Assembly (NCBI RefSeq): GCF_000143415.4
Contig: NW_003314267.1
Location: 765,394-829,393, forward strand
Length of the DNA stretch: 64,000 bases
Origin: Selaginella moellendorffii
Lineage: Eukaryota > Plantae > Lycopodiophyta
Direction of reading: 5' to 3'
The position numbers were made by a program, and so were the translations under genes. Positions 22,812-35,730 of the stretch are shown here, piece by piece. Under the pieces are notes generated by a model. That model was not told the DNA's origin. It did no database searches and was given only the letters and a program-made list of their open reading frames with translations. Each line of letters starts with the position of its first letter. Positions within the stretch are counted from its first letter, which is position 1.

Positions 22812-25651
22812 TCAATCAATCTCGCCTTCTTCCACCTCGCCGTTTTCGTCCGCGTACGCAACCTCGCCATCCCCCTGCTTGTCATCCTCCTCCTCGTCCA
22901 GCTTCATGAACAGGCCCAGTTGCTCCAGCGCGTTCCCGGCGCCTTGTGGAAGAGTGAAGCCCGGCAATCCATCCGGAGAATTCGGGGGGCTCACTTCCCC
23001 CGCCGAGCTCTGGAAGTGCTCCTTGGAGCTCGTCCTCATCAGGTCGAAATCCTTGAGAATCTCACAGTGCGCGTCGAGATCCACTGTTCTTTCCATCTAC
23101 ATCACGAAAAACACGAGTAAAAAGAGGCTTTTAACGCGAGAAAAGAGCTTGCTTACCTGTTGCAGAGCCTTCCGAGCGGCCTCTCGTTCCACTTCTCGTT
23201 TCTTCCTGGCCTCCGTCGCAGCTTCCGCTTCGGCTTTTTTGCGAGCGACCTCTGCAGCCTTGGCATCTGCCTGTAACCGTGCTTTATCTGTACGCAAAGC
23301 ACGTTGCTTACAAAAACAATAAAGGAAAGACACGAATAAAAGCTTACCTTCTCTTAACTTCCTTTCGAGTTCCTCCCGCTCCTTGCGAAGCTTTTCCGGA
23401 TCGACGTTGTCCCCGCTCTGCACACACACACACACACACAAGAAAGAAGAGTATCAGCTCTGTGACAAGGCAGCTACGCTAGTGTACCTTGAGCGGGAAA
23501 GTCTTCTCCCGAGCTTTCAAAATGGTATCGGCAAAGCGACCTTTCAGCAGAGCTGCACGAACGCTCTTTTCGGGAGAGACTGGCCTCTCAGATTGGAGTT
23601 TCTCTGCTGCTGCAAAGCTCATGAGAAGCCAGAAAATCGTCACGCTTCACGCTTACATTTTTCGGCTTGAGATTCAGGTAAGTCCCCAGCCTCCCCAGGT
23701 CTGACTGTTACGGGCTCTGGAACATATCACACAAAAAAGATTAGTAGCCCGTCGAGAAAAATCAATCCTCCATGGACAAGCAGCAGCAGGCAGTGCATGA
23801 ACGGAGAATCGAGCTCCCACAAATGAAAAGAATGCAAAGTGTGCACAAGACGGCACCCACGTTTTGCACCGTCAATCTTGTCAGACGGGCTGGATAATTG
23901 CTCGCGAACAGCACCAAAACCCATAGGCTCCTGGCAAGAATACCGCACGGAAGGGCAGTTCAGCCACCTCCAAAAAAAAATCCCCCCCACTTCCACGAGA
24001 AAAGAAAAGAATCGCTCTCACTCACTCCTCTCTTTTTTTCTGCCTAACTAGTCACCGTTCCCGTTCCCCAAGCAAATACCTTCTGAGAGGTAGGCTTCTC
24101 TATACCAGCAGTTCGAGGACCTTCGGCGTCGGAATCGCTGTGAGAAGAGCTCCCGGAATCCGATTCTGAAAAAAAAAAAACCGGTTATCAAGCATGCCTG
24201 GGCACACAAAAAACATACCACTGGAATCTGAACCAGAGCTGCTGGAAGAACTTCCTCCAGACGACTCTCTTCCATCATTAGGTGTATCTTTGTCAACTAC
24301 AACAGGTGAATAATTGGCTGTAGGCATGTCGTCCTCTCCATCGATATCGACGTCCTCATCTAGCCCTTCACCACCTAGACGATCATTAACATATATCAGA
24401 CACCTACGACGACGAGAACTCAAGAACATACTCTTTCGACTCTTCTTCGGTGAATCTCCCGGAGCCGTTCCCCCGGTCTGCTGGGAAAGACAAAGACAAA
24501 GAACACAGGTCAAAGTAAGAACTACCAACGACAAGAAATACCTTGATGCCTTCTGCTGGCTGCGGCCGGGGCCTCTTCTTGTTTTTCGGCTTCATACAGC
24601 TCGCAACCATCTTGTGAAGCTCCCATAGTGTGTCGTTGTCGATCCCATCAATGTCGACTTCGATCGTATCCTCGCTCTGGCTAAGGTTTGGGTTGTGCTT
24701 CTTGAGTAGCAAAACGATCTCGTCGGCTTTGTCACCTGGGTTCTGCTCCAACACCTTCTCCAGATTCTTACCCAGCTCCGTCTTCTCCTCGTAAGTCATC
24801 TGTCTCTTGCCCGACTTCTTGCTTCCCCTGGGAGCCCCGGCGGGTTTCTTGAGCGACGACAATTGATCCTCGATGCTGAGGAGGCTCTGCTTGAGGTTCT
24901 GCAAGGCCGGGTTTGGGTTCCCCTGAGCAATCTCCGCAAACACCTCGTCCTCCACCCGGCACTTGGTCTGCTCCTCCTCCAGCTTCTCCTTGATGCACCT
25001 CCACCTCTCATCGAAAATCTGGCGAAGTATGTCCGCCATGATGAACACGTCGTGCCCGGGCGGGTTGTAAGTCATGGCATTCGAAAAGGTGAGCTTGACA
25101 TCGTCCGCAAACTCGACTGGCGTGCGGTAGTGGCCGCCCTCGAGCTTCTTCTTGATGGTGCCCAGGTCCATGGGCCGCCGGATCACCTTGTGGTAGTCGT
25201 GGAGCCCGAGTTTGACAGCGTCCACGGGCTCGTTGAAAACCCAAGCGTGCTTGTGGGTGATGAGCTTCTTGAGCAGCGTCCCACACTGTTTCATTATGTC
25301 GCCCATCCTCTTCATCCGCGCTAGCTCCACCCTTTGCCGCTTGTTGTCAATGTCGCCCTTAGTCCCTTTCTTGGGCGGGACGAGCGCCTTGGGCTTGACC
25401 TTCTCCGGCGGCGGCATCTTGTCCTTGGCCGAGAAATACTCCGAGGTGCTGTACATCTGATTCGCCTTGGGCGTCCGCTTCTCCTTGCTGCTGCCGCCCG
25501 TGCCCGGCGTGCCGAGAGTGCCCGACGATCTGGACTGCTGCTCTAGCGCCTCAATCTTGGTGCTAATCCCGATAACCTGTTCCAGGTCGAGCTTCAAGCG
25601 CTTGCGGACCTCGCGCTTGGATTCTTTCGGCATTGCCGACACAGATTCCAT
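22812..25651 (-). CDS. GTE: GTE-family bromodomain/extra-terminal (BET) protein with long C-terminus
   Basis: RTPKANQ, bromodomain ([10 protein letters not shown]...[11 protein letters not shown]...FSNAMTYNP), ET domain ([12 protein letters not shown]...[16 protein letters not shown]) and C-terminal [15 protein letters not shown]...LEQLGLFMK. Confidence 0.92.
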
Positions 25652-26186
25652 CGATCACACGCACCTGGAGGCCGATCCCCACACCCTAATCACTAGGCCA
25701 GGGCTCGGCGGCAGATCCCTACCGAAACCCTAGAACACATGACGGAAGAGAGGAACCGAGGGCTCCTTTAAAAGCGGTGTCCACGCTGTCCTGGCCGTTA
25801 GATCCCCATCGGGCGGTCCACATTCCTCGGGGCCCCCGGCCGTTGGATCCCGGATCGGACGTCGATTTTGATCTCTAGCCGTCGGATGTGTATCGCACGG
25901 CTGGCGCCCCGGGCAGCCGGTCCGCCGTCGGATGCGTGTAAACGGTTTCGATGGGGCTGCCCGTGGTACACGTGGCGGGACTGCAACCGCAGGCGCCCTA
26001 TCCGTAAAATGGAAAAGAAAGTTTTTTCACACGGTTTCCCCAGACGCGGGGGAATCTTCACTGATACCGTGGCGATATTTTTTTTCTCTCTCTCTCTCGC
26101 TGGCACTTTATAAGTATCTAGAGTCGGGTTCGCGATCTCGACACGTGTTGCCGCTCAACACCGTTGATTTGCGTCTTCTTGTGTTC

Positions 26187-26277
26187 GTCACTCAGGCCTG
26201 TACTGTCGTCACTAGAGCTCGATCGGGAGCTTCTCGGAGGATTGACAGATTTTCACAGAATTTCTCATCCCTGTGAC
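26187..26277 (-). ncRNA. C/D-box snoRNA, snoR14-like (18S rRNA guide)
   Basis: Terminal stem GTCAC/GTGAC, box C GGATGA, guide ATCTGTCAATCCT before D' CCGA (complementary to conserved 18S AGGATTGACAGA), C' GTGACGA, box D CTGA. Confidence 0.85.
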
Positions 26278-26295
26278 TCAAATCAAAATGATCGA

Positions 26296-26366
26296 TCGCT
26301 CAGAACCTGCTGGAACAAAGTCCCAATCCTATCAAAAGATCTTCTTGTTCGAGTTCATCACTGCGA
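26296..26366 (-). ncRNA. C/D-box snoRNA, target not recognised
   Basis: Terminal stem TCGC/GCGA, box C GTGATGA, box D CTGA, about 70 nt, lying between two recognisable snoRNAs. Confidence 0.75.
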
Positions 26367-26374
26367 GCCCCAAA

Positions 26375-26460
26375 TCACTCAGTGCTTCTTAGAGGGTATT
26401 TCCCCACATCAGGCACAAAGAATGGCCTCTAGGGTGGAAATTTGAGCTTCATCACGGTGA
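26375..26460 (-). ncRNA. C/D-box snoRNA, U61-like (18S rRNA guide)
   Basis: Stem TCAC/GTGA, box C GTGATGA, internal CTGA (D'), and guide CCCTCTAAGAAGC before box D, complementary to 18S GCTTCTTAGAGGG. Confidence 0.87.
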
Positions 26461-26791
26461 ACCGATAATCCCACGCACACGACGCCTAGAAAACACTCCT
26501 CATAGCAGACAGATCTCAGCACTAGATCAGCAATTGAAACGACGATTCGCGAGAAATCACAGGAGCCAGAGATTTTCCAGTCCAAGTGGCCGCTTGGATC
26601 ACCCGGAGATCGCAAGCGGATGGAAGAGCGACTGGAGAGACTATGTCTTGCCGCCGCCAGGGCGAGATCGCAACAGCGCCCAAACGGGGCGCTGCCGCCA
26701 CACAACGCAAGAACCCTAGAAATTGACCTAGAACCACATATTTTATGATCGAGAGCTAGGGTTTTCTGATCGCGGTGATCTGGTGGAAGCG

Positions 26792-27748
26792 ATGTCGGTA
26801 AGATGTTTGCTAGCGCCGATCGATTCCTGGAGCTGAGAGCTTCCGCCTTGGCAGATTTTCACCTACAATGGCAGCGCCTTGGTTGCGATGGTCGGAAAGG
26901 ATTGCTTTGCCATCGCCAGTGATCGCCGGCTTGGTGTGAATTTCCAGACGATAGCTACGGATTTTCAGCGCATTTTCAAGATCCATGACAAGCTCTATGT
27001 CGGATTAGCAGGGCTTGCTTCCGACGTCCAGACTCTGTAAGTTTCTTACTTTGAATTTTTTTGTGCGTTCTTTCTGATTCGCTCGCTGCCTTTGTAGCTA
27101 CCAACGATTGAAGTATCGACACAACCTCTTCCAGTTGCAGGAGGAACGAGATATGCGACCAGAAACCTTCTCGAATTTTGTCTCTGCAACACTCTACGAG
27201 AAGAGGTGAAAATTCTCTCCTTCTCTCTTTCGAAGCCTTTTCTTCATCTCTTTTGTCAGATTTGGTCCCTACTTCGTTCAGCCTCTCATTGCTGGGCTCG
27301 GAGCAGACAACAAGCCTTACATCTGCACGATGGACTCTATCGGAGCAATGTGAGTGTCCGACTTTCGTAAGCTCATAAGTGACTACTTGTTTTACGCAGC
27401 GAGCATTCCAAGGACTTCGTAGTCGGGGGCACTGCGTCTGAATCCTTGTATGGTGCTTGCGAGTCTATGTACAAGCCCGACATGGTAACCATTATTCTAG
27501 TTCATGTTACGAGTCCTGTTTTTTTTTTTTCTCTCAGGAGCCTGAAGACCTTTTTGAAACGATCTCACAAGCGCTGATCTCCTCGGTTGATCGTGACTGT
27601 CTGAGCGGCTGGGGAGGAATCGTCTACGTTGTGTAATAGCGCTGATTCTTTCTCCTCACCTTCAAGCATACTGATCTTATGCTTATTTTTCTTGTGTAGG
27701 ACCCCCGACCAGGTAATCGTAAGAACACTCAAAGGCCGGATGGATTAG
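26792..27748 (+). CDS. PBC1: 20S proteasome subunit beta-3
   Basis: MS|[65 protein letters not shown]. Has a 6-nt first coding exon. Confidence 0.95.
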
Positions 27749-28295
27749 GACTATGGTGCTTTCAGTTTGTTTATACTGGGCACTTGGAACATTTGGTCAG
27801 TGCTTGTTATCCATTGCAGTTTTACTTAACCGATCCCTTGTCTTGCACTTTACGTTCGGAAAGTATCTTTAACATCACAGAATCACAAGCGATGTTTCGT
27901 TTTTCAGACGAAACACTAGGTTCTAAAAGCTGTGGAAGTTGGCAGCTTCATAAGAACCTCGGGTTTTGGGTTTGGATCCGCGTTGTGCTCATGACAGCCG
28001 TTTCTCAACAACACTAGACCGGCTCTGGTTGGCTGCCATTCAATGGGAACTGAGAAGTTTATCCTAAATTCATGGACCTCAAGTCGCCACAACTGTGAGT
28101 TGTACGTAAGAACGTCCAAGAATTTGCTTCTTGACCTGCTCTTGTTTAGTTGTCATTTTACAGGTGGTTCCCGCTTTTTGCCATTCATTGTCTTTTAACT
28201 GTTTGTGATAGCGGCTGCTGCGTTTTCCTTGTTTCTGTATTCTTATTGTCTGCCTGAATGTCCTGTCCTATCCTCTCTATTCCATCTCCTCTTGA

Positions 28296-30161
<1,866 letters not shown>

Positions 30162-30522
30162 ACCGTAAGCAATATTCTAGTTTTCTTCCTTCTGTTTCTT
30201 GCTAAATAGATTGAATTTTCAGAGGTAGGAAAAATGGGAGCATTGCTGCATCTTAAATCAAACTTCTGGTTAGTCTGGTTCTTGTTCTCTTTAATCCAAT
30301 TCATTATTCATCTAGGGCTGTGGAACTTTGAAAGAACCCACAATTGTTGCACTTTTCTTTTCACTCCTCACAGTGTTGGGTTTTCTCTTGCGTGCAGCAG
30401 CCTGATGGTTTGGCGGTGAGAAGTTGTGGCTTTTATCTGTGTTGCTGATTTACTAAGATAGTCACTTTTGCAGGAAGCAGCGAAAGGGAAAAATGGCATA
30501 GGCCGTCGGGGTTTGGCCAAGC

Positions 30523-32865
30523 ATGCAGTATGAGTCGCATGGATCATTGCACATTGAACGAGGCCCAGGAGAAAATGACAAGAGGAAGAGCTCTCTCTCT
30601 GGTATGCTTGCGGCATTAAAGCTATCAAGCAGCTCCAGGAACCTAGAACTCGGGAAAAAGATCCACGCCGATGCAGTTCAAAGCGGTAATGAGACCAACA
30701 TTTACATGGCCAGCACTCTGGTGGACATGTACGCTAAGTGTGGCTGCTTGGCGGAGGCTCGCAAGGTCTTTGACAATATGCCATCGAGAAACGTGGTATC
30801 CTGGACGTCACTCATGCTCGGCTACGTGCAAAACTGCCAAGCCAGGACAGCTCTGGAGCTCTTCCAGCGTATGGTGTCCGACGGCTGCGTTCCAGACGCT
30901 CAGACTTACGTTGCTGCTCTCAAGGCGTGCTCAAACTTGGTGGCGAAAGAGTCAGGTAGTGCCGCGGATGGCAGGCTCCGGAAGATGGTGGTGCTGGAAA
31001 CAGGATTCATGCTCCACTCTCTGGCTGCTCCATCGGGCTGCGACTCGGACATCTACGTCGCCAGCACTCTGGTGGACATGTACTCCAAGTGTGGAAGCAT
31101 GGAGGACGCTCGAAAGGTGTTCCTTGGGATGGAGTTAGCGTCTCGAAACGTGGTGCTCTGGACAGCGCTCATGACCGGCTATGCTCATAACGGCGAAGGC
31201 GAGCTCGCTCTAGAGCTCATGGGATCCATGAACTGCGCTCCAAATTCTCTTACGTTCGTCGCGGCTCTCAAGGCGTGCTCGGCTCTAGCAGCGAAAGAGG
31301 AAGGCCAGAGAAGCAGCGATGGAAAGATGGTGAAGATGGTGGCGCTGGAAGCAGGAATGCTCGTCCATACCCGGGCTGGTTTGGCCGGTTTGGAGTCGGA
31401 CATCTTCGTGGCGAGCACTCTGGTCGACTTTTACGCCAAGTGCGGGAGTTTGAACGACTCGTACAGGATCTTCGACGCAATGCCGGTGAGGAACGCGATC
31501 TCGTGGACGGCTCTCATGTCCGGCTACGTGCAGGAAGGAGAAGGCGCGAAGGCTTTGGAGCTCTTCTCACAGATGATGCACAGGGATGGCTGTGAAGTCG
31601 ATGCGCAGGCTCTCGTGGTGGGACTCAGAGCTTGCATTGCCAGTGCTGGGAAAGAGGAGGCCAGGAAGATCGACGACAAAACGGTGGAGCTCGTCTCTCT
31701 CTCGAGTGGAGTCCGGCTGAAAGAAGCGGTGATCCAGCGATCGATGAAAGTGGCAGCTCTGGAAACCGGGATGGTTCTCAAGGATGAAGTGATCGATCGA
31801 ATGGCCAAAGTGGTTTCTCTGGAGCGAGGAATGGCGCTTCACAAGGAGGCGAGAAAGCGAGGCTTCGAGAAAGATATCTTCGTCTCCAGCGCTTTGCTCG
31901 ATATGTACTCACACTGTGGAAGCCTGGTGGACGCTCTCAAGATCTTCGAGGGAATGCCATGTCATAACGCGGTGACGTGGAATGCCCTGCTGCTCGCGTA
32001 TGCCCAAAACGGTGAGCGTGACACGGCGCTGGACGTTTTCGCGTGGATGCGCCTCCACCGCGGATGCTACCACGTGGACGGCCAGACGTTCGCCAGCGCG
32101 CTCAAGGCGTGCGCCGGCATGGCCGCTCTGGACATGGGACGTGCCATCCACGTGGACGCCTGCCGCTGCGGCGCCGCGGAGCTGCCCGCGGTGGTCAACT
32201 GCGTCGTCGACCTGTACGGCAAGTGCGGCAGCACGGAAGCCGCGCGGCGCGAGTTTGACGCCGCGGGCGTCGCGGACGTGGTGACCTGGAACGCGCTCGT
32301 GTCCGGGTACGCGTGGCATGCTGACGTGGCGGAGGTGTTTGGCGCCTTGTATGACATGCGGCGGGCGGGGGTAAAGCCCGACGGTATCACGTTTCTGGCG
32401 ATTCTCACGGCGTGTAGCCATGGCGGGCTCGTCGACAAGGGGATTAAACTCTTTGAGAAGATGGAGGTGGTGTACGGCATTCGTCCGGACGTGGAACACT
32501 ACCACTGCATGGTTGATCTTCTGGGGCGGGCGAATCAATTGGAGCGGGCGGTGGAAATGGTGAGGTCCATGCCGGTGGAGCCAAATGCCGTGACGTGGAT
32601 GACGGTTCTTGGGGCGTGCTGGAAGTGGAAGAATGTGGAGCTTGGGCGATTGGCGTTTGAATCGGTGGTGGAAAAGGATAGACGCGAGCTCGCGGCTTAC
32701 ATGCTCATGGCGAATATCTATGGGAGCGCCGGGATGTGGGAGGAGAAAATGCGAGTGAGAGAGATGGGAATGGAGCTGCAAAAAGGGGAGGATTATGTGG
32801 CCCATGCAGGTCTCGAACCTGCGACCTTGGCGTTATTAGCACCACGCTCTGACCATCTGAGCTAA
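30523..32865 (+). CDS. PLS-E class PPR protein with expanded L motifs, no DYW
   Basis: Repeated P-L-S triplets (NVVSWT...; TFVAALKACS...; STLVDMYAKCG) and an E domain (HYHCMVDLLGRA, AAYMLMANIY). The exact start codon is uncertain. Confidence 0.92.
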   Translation: MQYESHGSLHIERGPGENDKRKSSLSGMLAALKLSSSSRNLELGKKIHADAVQSGNETNIYMASTLVDMYAKCGCLAEARKVFDNMPSRNVVSWTSLMLGYVQNCQARTALELFQRMVSDGCVPDAQTYVAALKACSNLVAKESGSAADGRLRKMVVLETGFMLHSLAAPSGCDSDIYVASTLVDMYSKCGSMEDARKVFLGMELASRNVVLWTALMTGYAHNGEGELALELMGSMNCAPNSLTFVAALKACSALAAKEEGQRSSDGKMVKMVALEAGMLVHTRAGLAGLESDIFVASTLVDFYAKCGSLNDSYRIFDAMPVRNAISWTALMSGYVQEGEGAKALELFSQMMHRDGCEVDAQALVVGLRACIASAGKEEARKIDDKTVELVSLSSGVRLKEAVIQRSMKVAALETGMVLKDEVIDRMAKVVSLERGMALHKEARKRGFEKDIFVSSALLDMYSHCGSLVDALKIFEGMPCHNAVTWNALLLAYAQNGERDTALDVFAWMRLHRGCYHVDGQTFASALKACAGMAALDMGRAIHVDACRCGAAELPAVVNCVVDLYGKCGSTEAARREFDAAGVADVVTWNALVSGYAWHADVAEVFGALYDMRRAGVKPDGITFLAILTACSHGGLVDKGIKLFEKMEVVYGIRPDVEHYHCMVDLLGRANQLERAVEMVRSMPVEPNAVTWMTVLGACWKWKNVELGRLAFESVVEKDRRELAAYMLMANIYGSAGMWEEKMRVREMGMELQKGEDYVAHAGLEPATLALLAPRSDHLS

Positions 32866-32871
32866 TAGGCC
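32798..32871 (-). tRNA. tRNA-Ile (AAU)
   Basis: 74-nt cloverleaf GGCCTATTAGCTCAGATGGTCAGAGC...CTAATAA...GGTTCGAGACC...GGGCCA with A and B boxes. T5 terminator at 32780-32784. Confidence 0.96.
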
Positions 32872-32954
32872 TTAACTATCAGTGATTATAAAGTTACTGG
32901 ATTCAAGGAAATGTTAGACATTACTCCATGATTATATTGGTTCTACAAAAAGCC

Positions 32955-33028
32955 TGGCACATGCAGGTTTCGAACCTGCGACCTTGGCGTTATTAGCACC
33001 ACGCTCTGACCATCTGAGCTAATAGGCC
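32955..33028 (-). tRNA. tRNA-Ile (AAU), tandem copy with one acceptor-stem mismatch
   Basis: Near-identical to 32798-32871. The 3' acceptor strand ATGTGCC gives a C4:U69 mismatch. T5 terminator just downstream. Confidence 0.88.
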
Positions 33029-33249
33029 TTACCAATAATCAGTTATGGGCAAAGAATTTTATATAGTTTTAGAAACATTAGCCTCCAAATCTTTGGACTT
33101 CATGAAGGTTTCGAATAATCGTATAGTGATAATGTGACAGAAAGGTTTAAGTCTCGAACGTACGACCTTTTAAAAAGTTTATCATTGGTGATTTGTATGT
33201 ACAGATAAAAGTTCCACGCTATTCTATACAAGACGAGAGTTTTCTTCGT

Positions 33250-34108
33250 TTAGTTAGTTTCGTGCTCGGGCCGCTGCCCAAACCATCGCGAAGGCAGTCC
33301 TCGCCTCTTGAGCAGCCGCGAGAGCGCCGACTCGGGCATCTTTGCTCGCTCCTCCTCCGCCAATTCTTCCGGGGTCTTTGGAATCGAGTCTGGCTCCAGG
33401 AACAGCTCCTCCTTCTCCGCCACTGCCGCCGCCTTCGCTGCCTCTTCCCGCGAGCGCGCCGCTACGTTTTTCTTTCGATTGAATCCCGCGAGCACGACCA
33501 AGTTCTTGATGAGAGTGGTCACGCCGCCGGACTGCCTGACTAGATTCTCCAGCCTCTCCAGCGGCTGGCACGACTGATTAGCATCGTCGAAGGCAGCAGC
33601 GCATTCCTCCTGGGAGCTCTCCTGGAAAACGAGAACCAAAAGTGTCAGCGAGATGGGCAGACGATTCTTCACGAATCAATCGAAGCGGACAAACCTTGAT
33701 CTTCTCGAATTCGAAGAGAGCATCGTAGCACTCGTGGGCCTCGTTCCCATCCAGAATGGTGCATTCGTCTACTCCACAAGCAAGAGAGAACCACAGAGAA
33801 CTCTCTCAGAGAGATTTCAATCGAATCGAGCAAGCTGATTTACCTTGCAAAGCGTGCTCGGCCTTCTCCAGCAGCGTCCGCTGTCGCATTCCACGAACGC
33901 TTCTACTCTGCGTGAATGGCTCGAGCTTTGGAACCTCGGACGAGACCGACACCGACGATGAAGATGAAGATGATGATGAAGAAGAAGAAGAAGAAGCCGG
34001 AATAGCGGCGACGACACAAGGATGCGAATGCGATCGCCGATTGGCACCGGGAAGCCACGAATTCTGCGCCACCACGCCCACGGCGATTCTAGCAGCAGTC
34101 GCAGCCAT
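33250..34108 (-). CDS. CBP1: CCG-binding protein 1 / MEE14-like protein (3 exons)
   Basis: VPKLEPF, LLEKAE, CTILDGNEAHECY, PKTPEELAEEERAKMPESALSRLL...WF...PEHETN resemble angiosperm CBP1 (recalled). Ser-rich N-terminus. Confidence 0.8.
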
Positions 34109-34526
34109 AGCTCCCAAGAACCCTAAACTCTAAAAAGTGGATAAGCTTCGTCAGATATTTGGGCCGAAAACTATTCCATGGCATATTCCGGACTTCCTTA
34201 ACTTTATTAAGCGTTGGCCAGTCGATAGCGTACGGTCAGGCCCACTTCGCTTTCCTCTCTTTTTTATCTTTCCTAGGGTTTCCGGTGGCGAGCTCCAGGG
34301 CGCGGCGGCCGTTCTCTCTCCAGCTCCTTGAATCCTCGATGTTAGAGTAAGTGATCGCCATTCCCGGCGAAAGATCCAGCGATTAGTGACATAAGCGGCA
34401 GCGGCCAGGGATTCAGTACAGGGATTTCCAGATCATGTCGCCTCCAGGAGCAGCAGGCGCTGCGTGACACGAATCGGGATCGGCAGGGCCGGGAATTCGC
34501 CACAGCGGAGAGGAGATCTGGTCGCC

Positions 34527-35730
34527 ATGACGTATTTCCCTCTCAACACTGGCGCGAAGATTCCAGCCGTGGGTCTCGGGACTTGGCAATCCGATGGAGC
34601 GTCGTGTAAGCTAGCGGTCCAAACGGCGCTCGAGGTGGGCTACAGGCATTTGGACTGCGCGCACTTGTATGGCAACGAGATCGAGGTCGGGCAGGCTCTC
34701 GGGGCGGCTCTCAATGGTGGAATTCCCGGCCTCCGGCGAGAGGACGTGTTCGTCACCTCCAAGTTTTGGTGCACCACTGACACCTCCAAGCGGGTGGAGA
34801 TGGCTCTCACGGTCTCGCTCAAGAACTTGGGGGTGTCCTACTTGGATCTCTATCTGGTGCACTGGCCGGTGAGCTCCCAAGTCGGGGACGCCACGGATCC
34901 GCCTGGGAATGCCACCACCGAGCTCAAGAAGATGTCCCGGAGGCTCAAGTCGATCTGGCGGGCGATGGAGGCGCTGGTGGAGAGGGGCAAGGTTCGTGCG
35001 ATTGGAGTGAGCAACTTTGGGATCTCGCAGATACAGGAGGTGGTGAGCTTCGCGAGGATAATTCCAGCAGTCAACCAGGTGAGAGCTATCAGAACTTTAC
35101 CAAGTACCCCGATCTAACTCTCGTTCTTTCCTTGTCAAGGTTGAGCTCCACCCCTTCTGGCGTCAAGACGAGCTCGTCAAGTTCTGCCAGTCCAAAGGGA
35201 TCCACGTCTCAGCGCACACTCCTCTGGGATTTCCTGGAGCCCGCCTTGGCAGCTCCGGCAATCTCAGCTCCATGGGAGACGACGAAGTGGAAACCCGGAG
35301 CCAACCCATAGTTTTCTCGAGGTCGCGGTCTGTGCACGCTCCCATGCTCGGCACTTCAGCGGTGGCTGTCATTGCCAATCGGCTCCGCAAGACTCCGGCA
35401 CAGGTACTTTTGGTTCTTTCTTTTCTTTCAGCCTCAGAGCCCCGTCGTTTTCCTCCGCATTGATTGGAAACACGACACGCAATTGAATGGCAGGTCATCT
35501 TGCGGTGGGGCGTCCAGAGAGGAACGAGCGTGCTCCCTCGCAGCCTCAAGCCAGAGCGAATCAAGTCCAACTTCGACATACTCAACTGGTCCCTCTCGGA
35601 CGAGGATTGGAACTCGGTGAACACAATGGAGCCGCAGCTCAGGCTCATTGTGAGCAACCAGTCGTATCTCGGCGAGAACGGGAGGCCACTCCAAGCCGTG
35701 AACGAGATGGACGATGTCGATTTCCACTGA
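34527..35730 (+). CDS. Aldo-keto reductase (3 exons)
   Basis: LNTGAKIPAVGLGTW; catalytic D/Y (HLDCAHLY), K (VTSK) and H (LVHWP); AIGVSNF, NQVELHPFW, QVILRWGVQRG. Confidence 0.93.

Noticed and set aside
26341-26350. CTTCTTGTTC mycorrhizal CTTC/MYCS motif
   Set aside because: Lies inside a snoRNA body and not upstream of a symbiosis gene.
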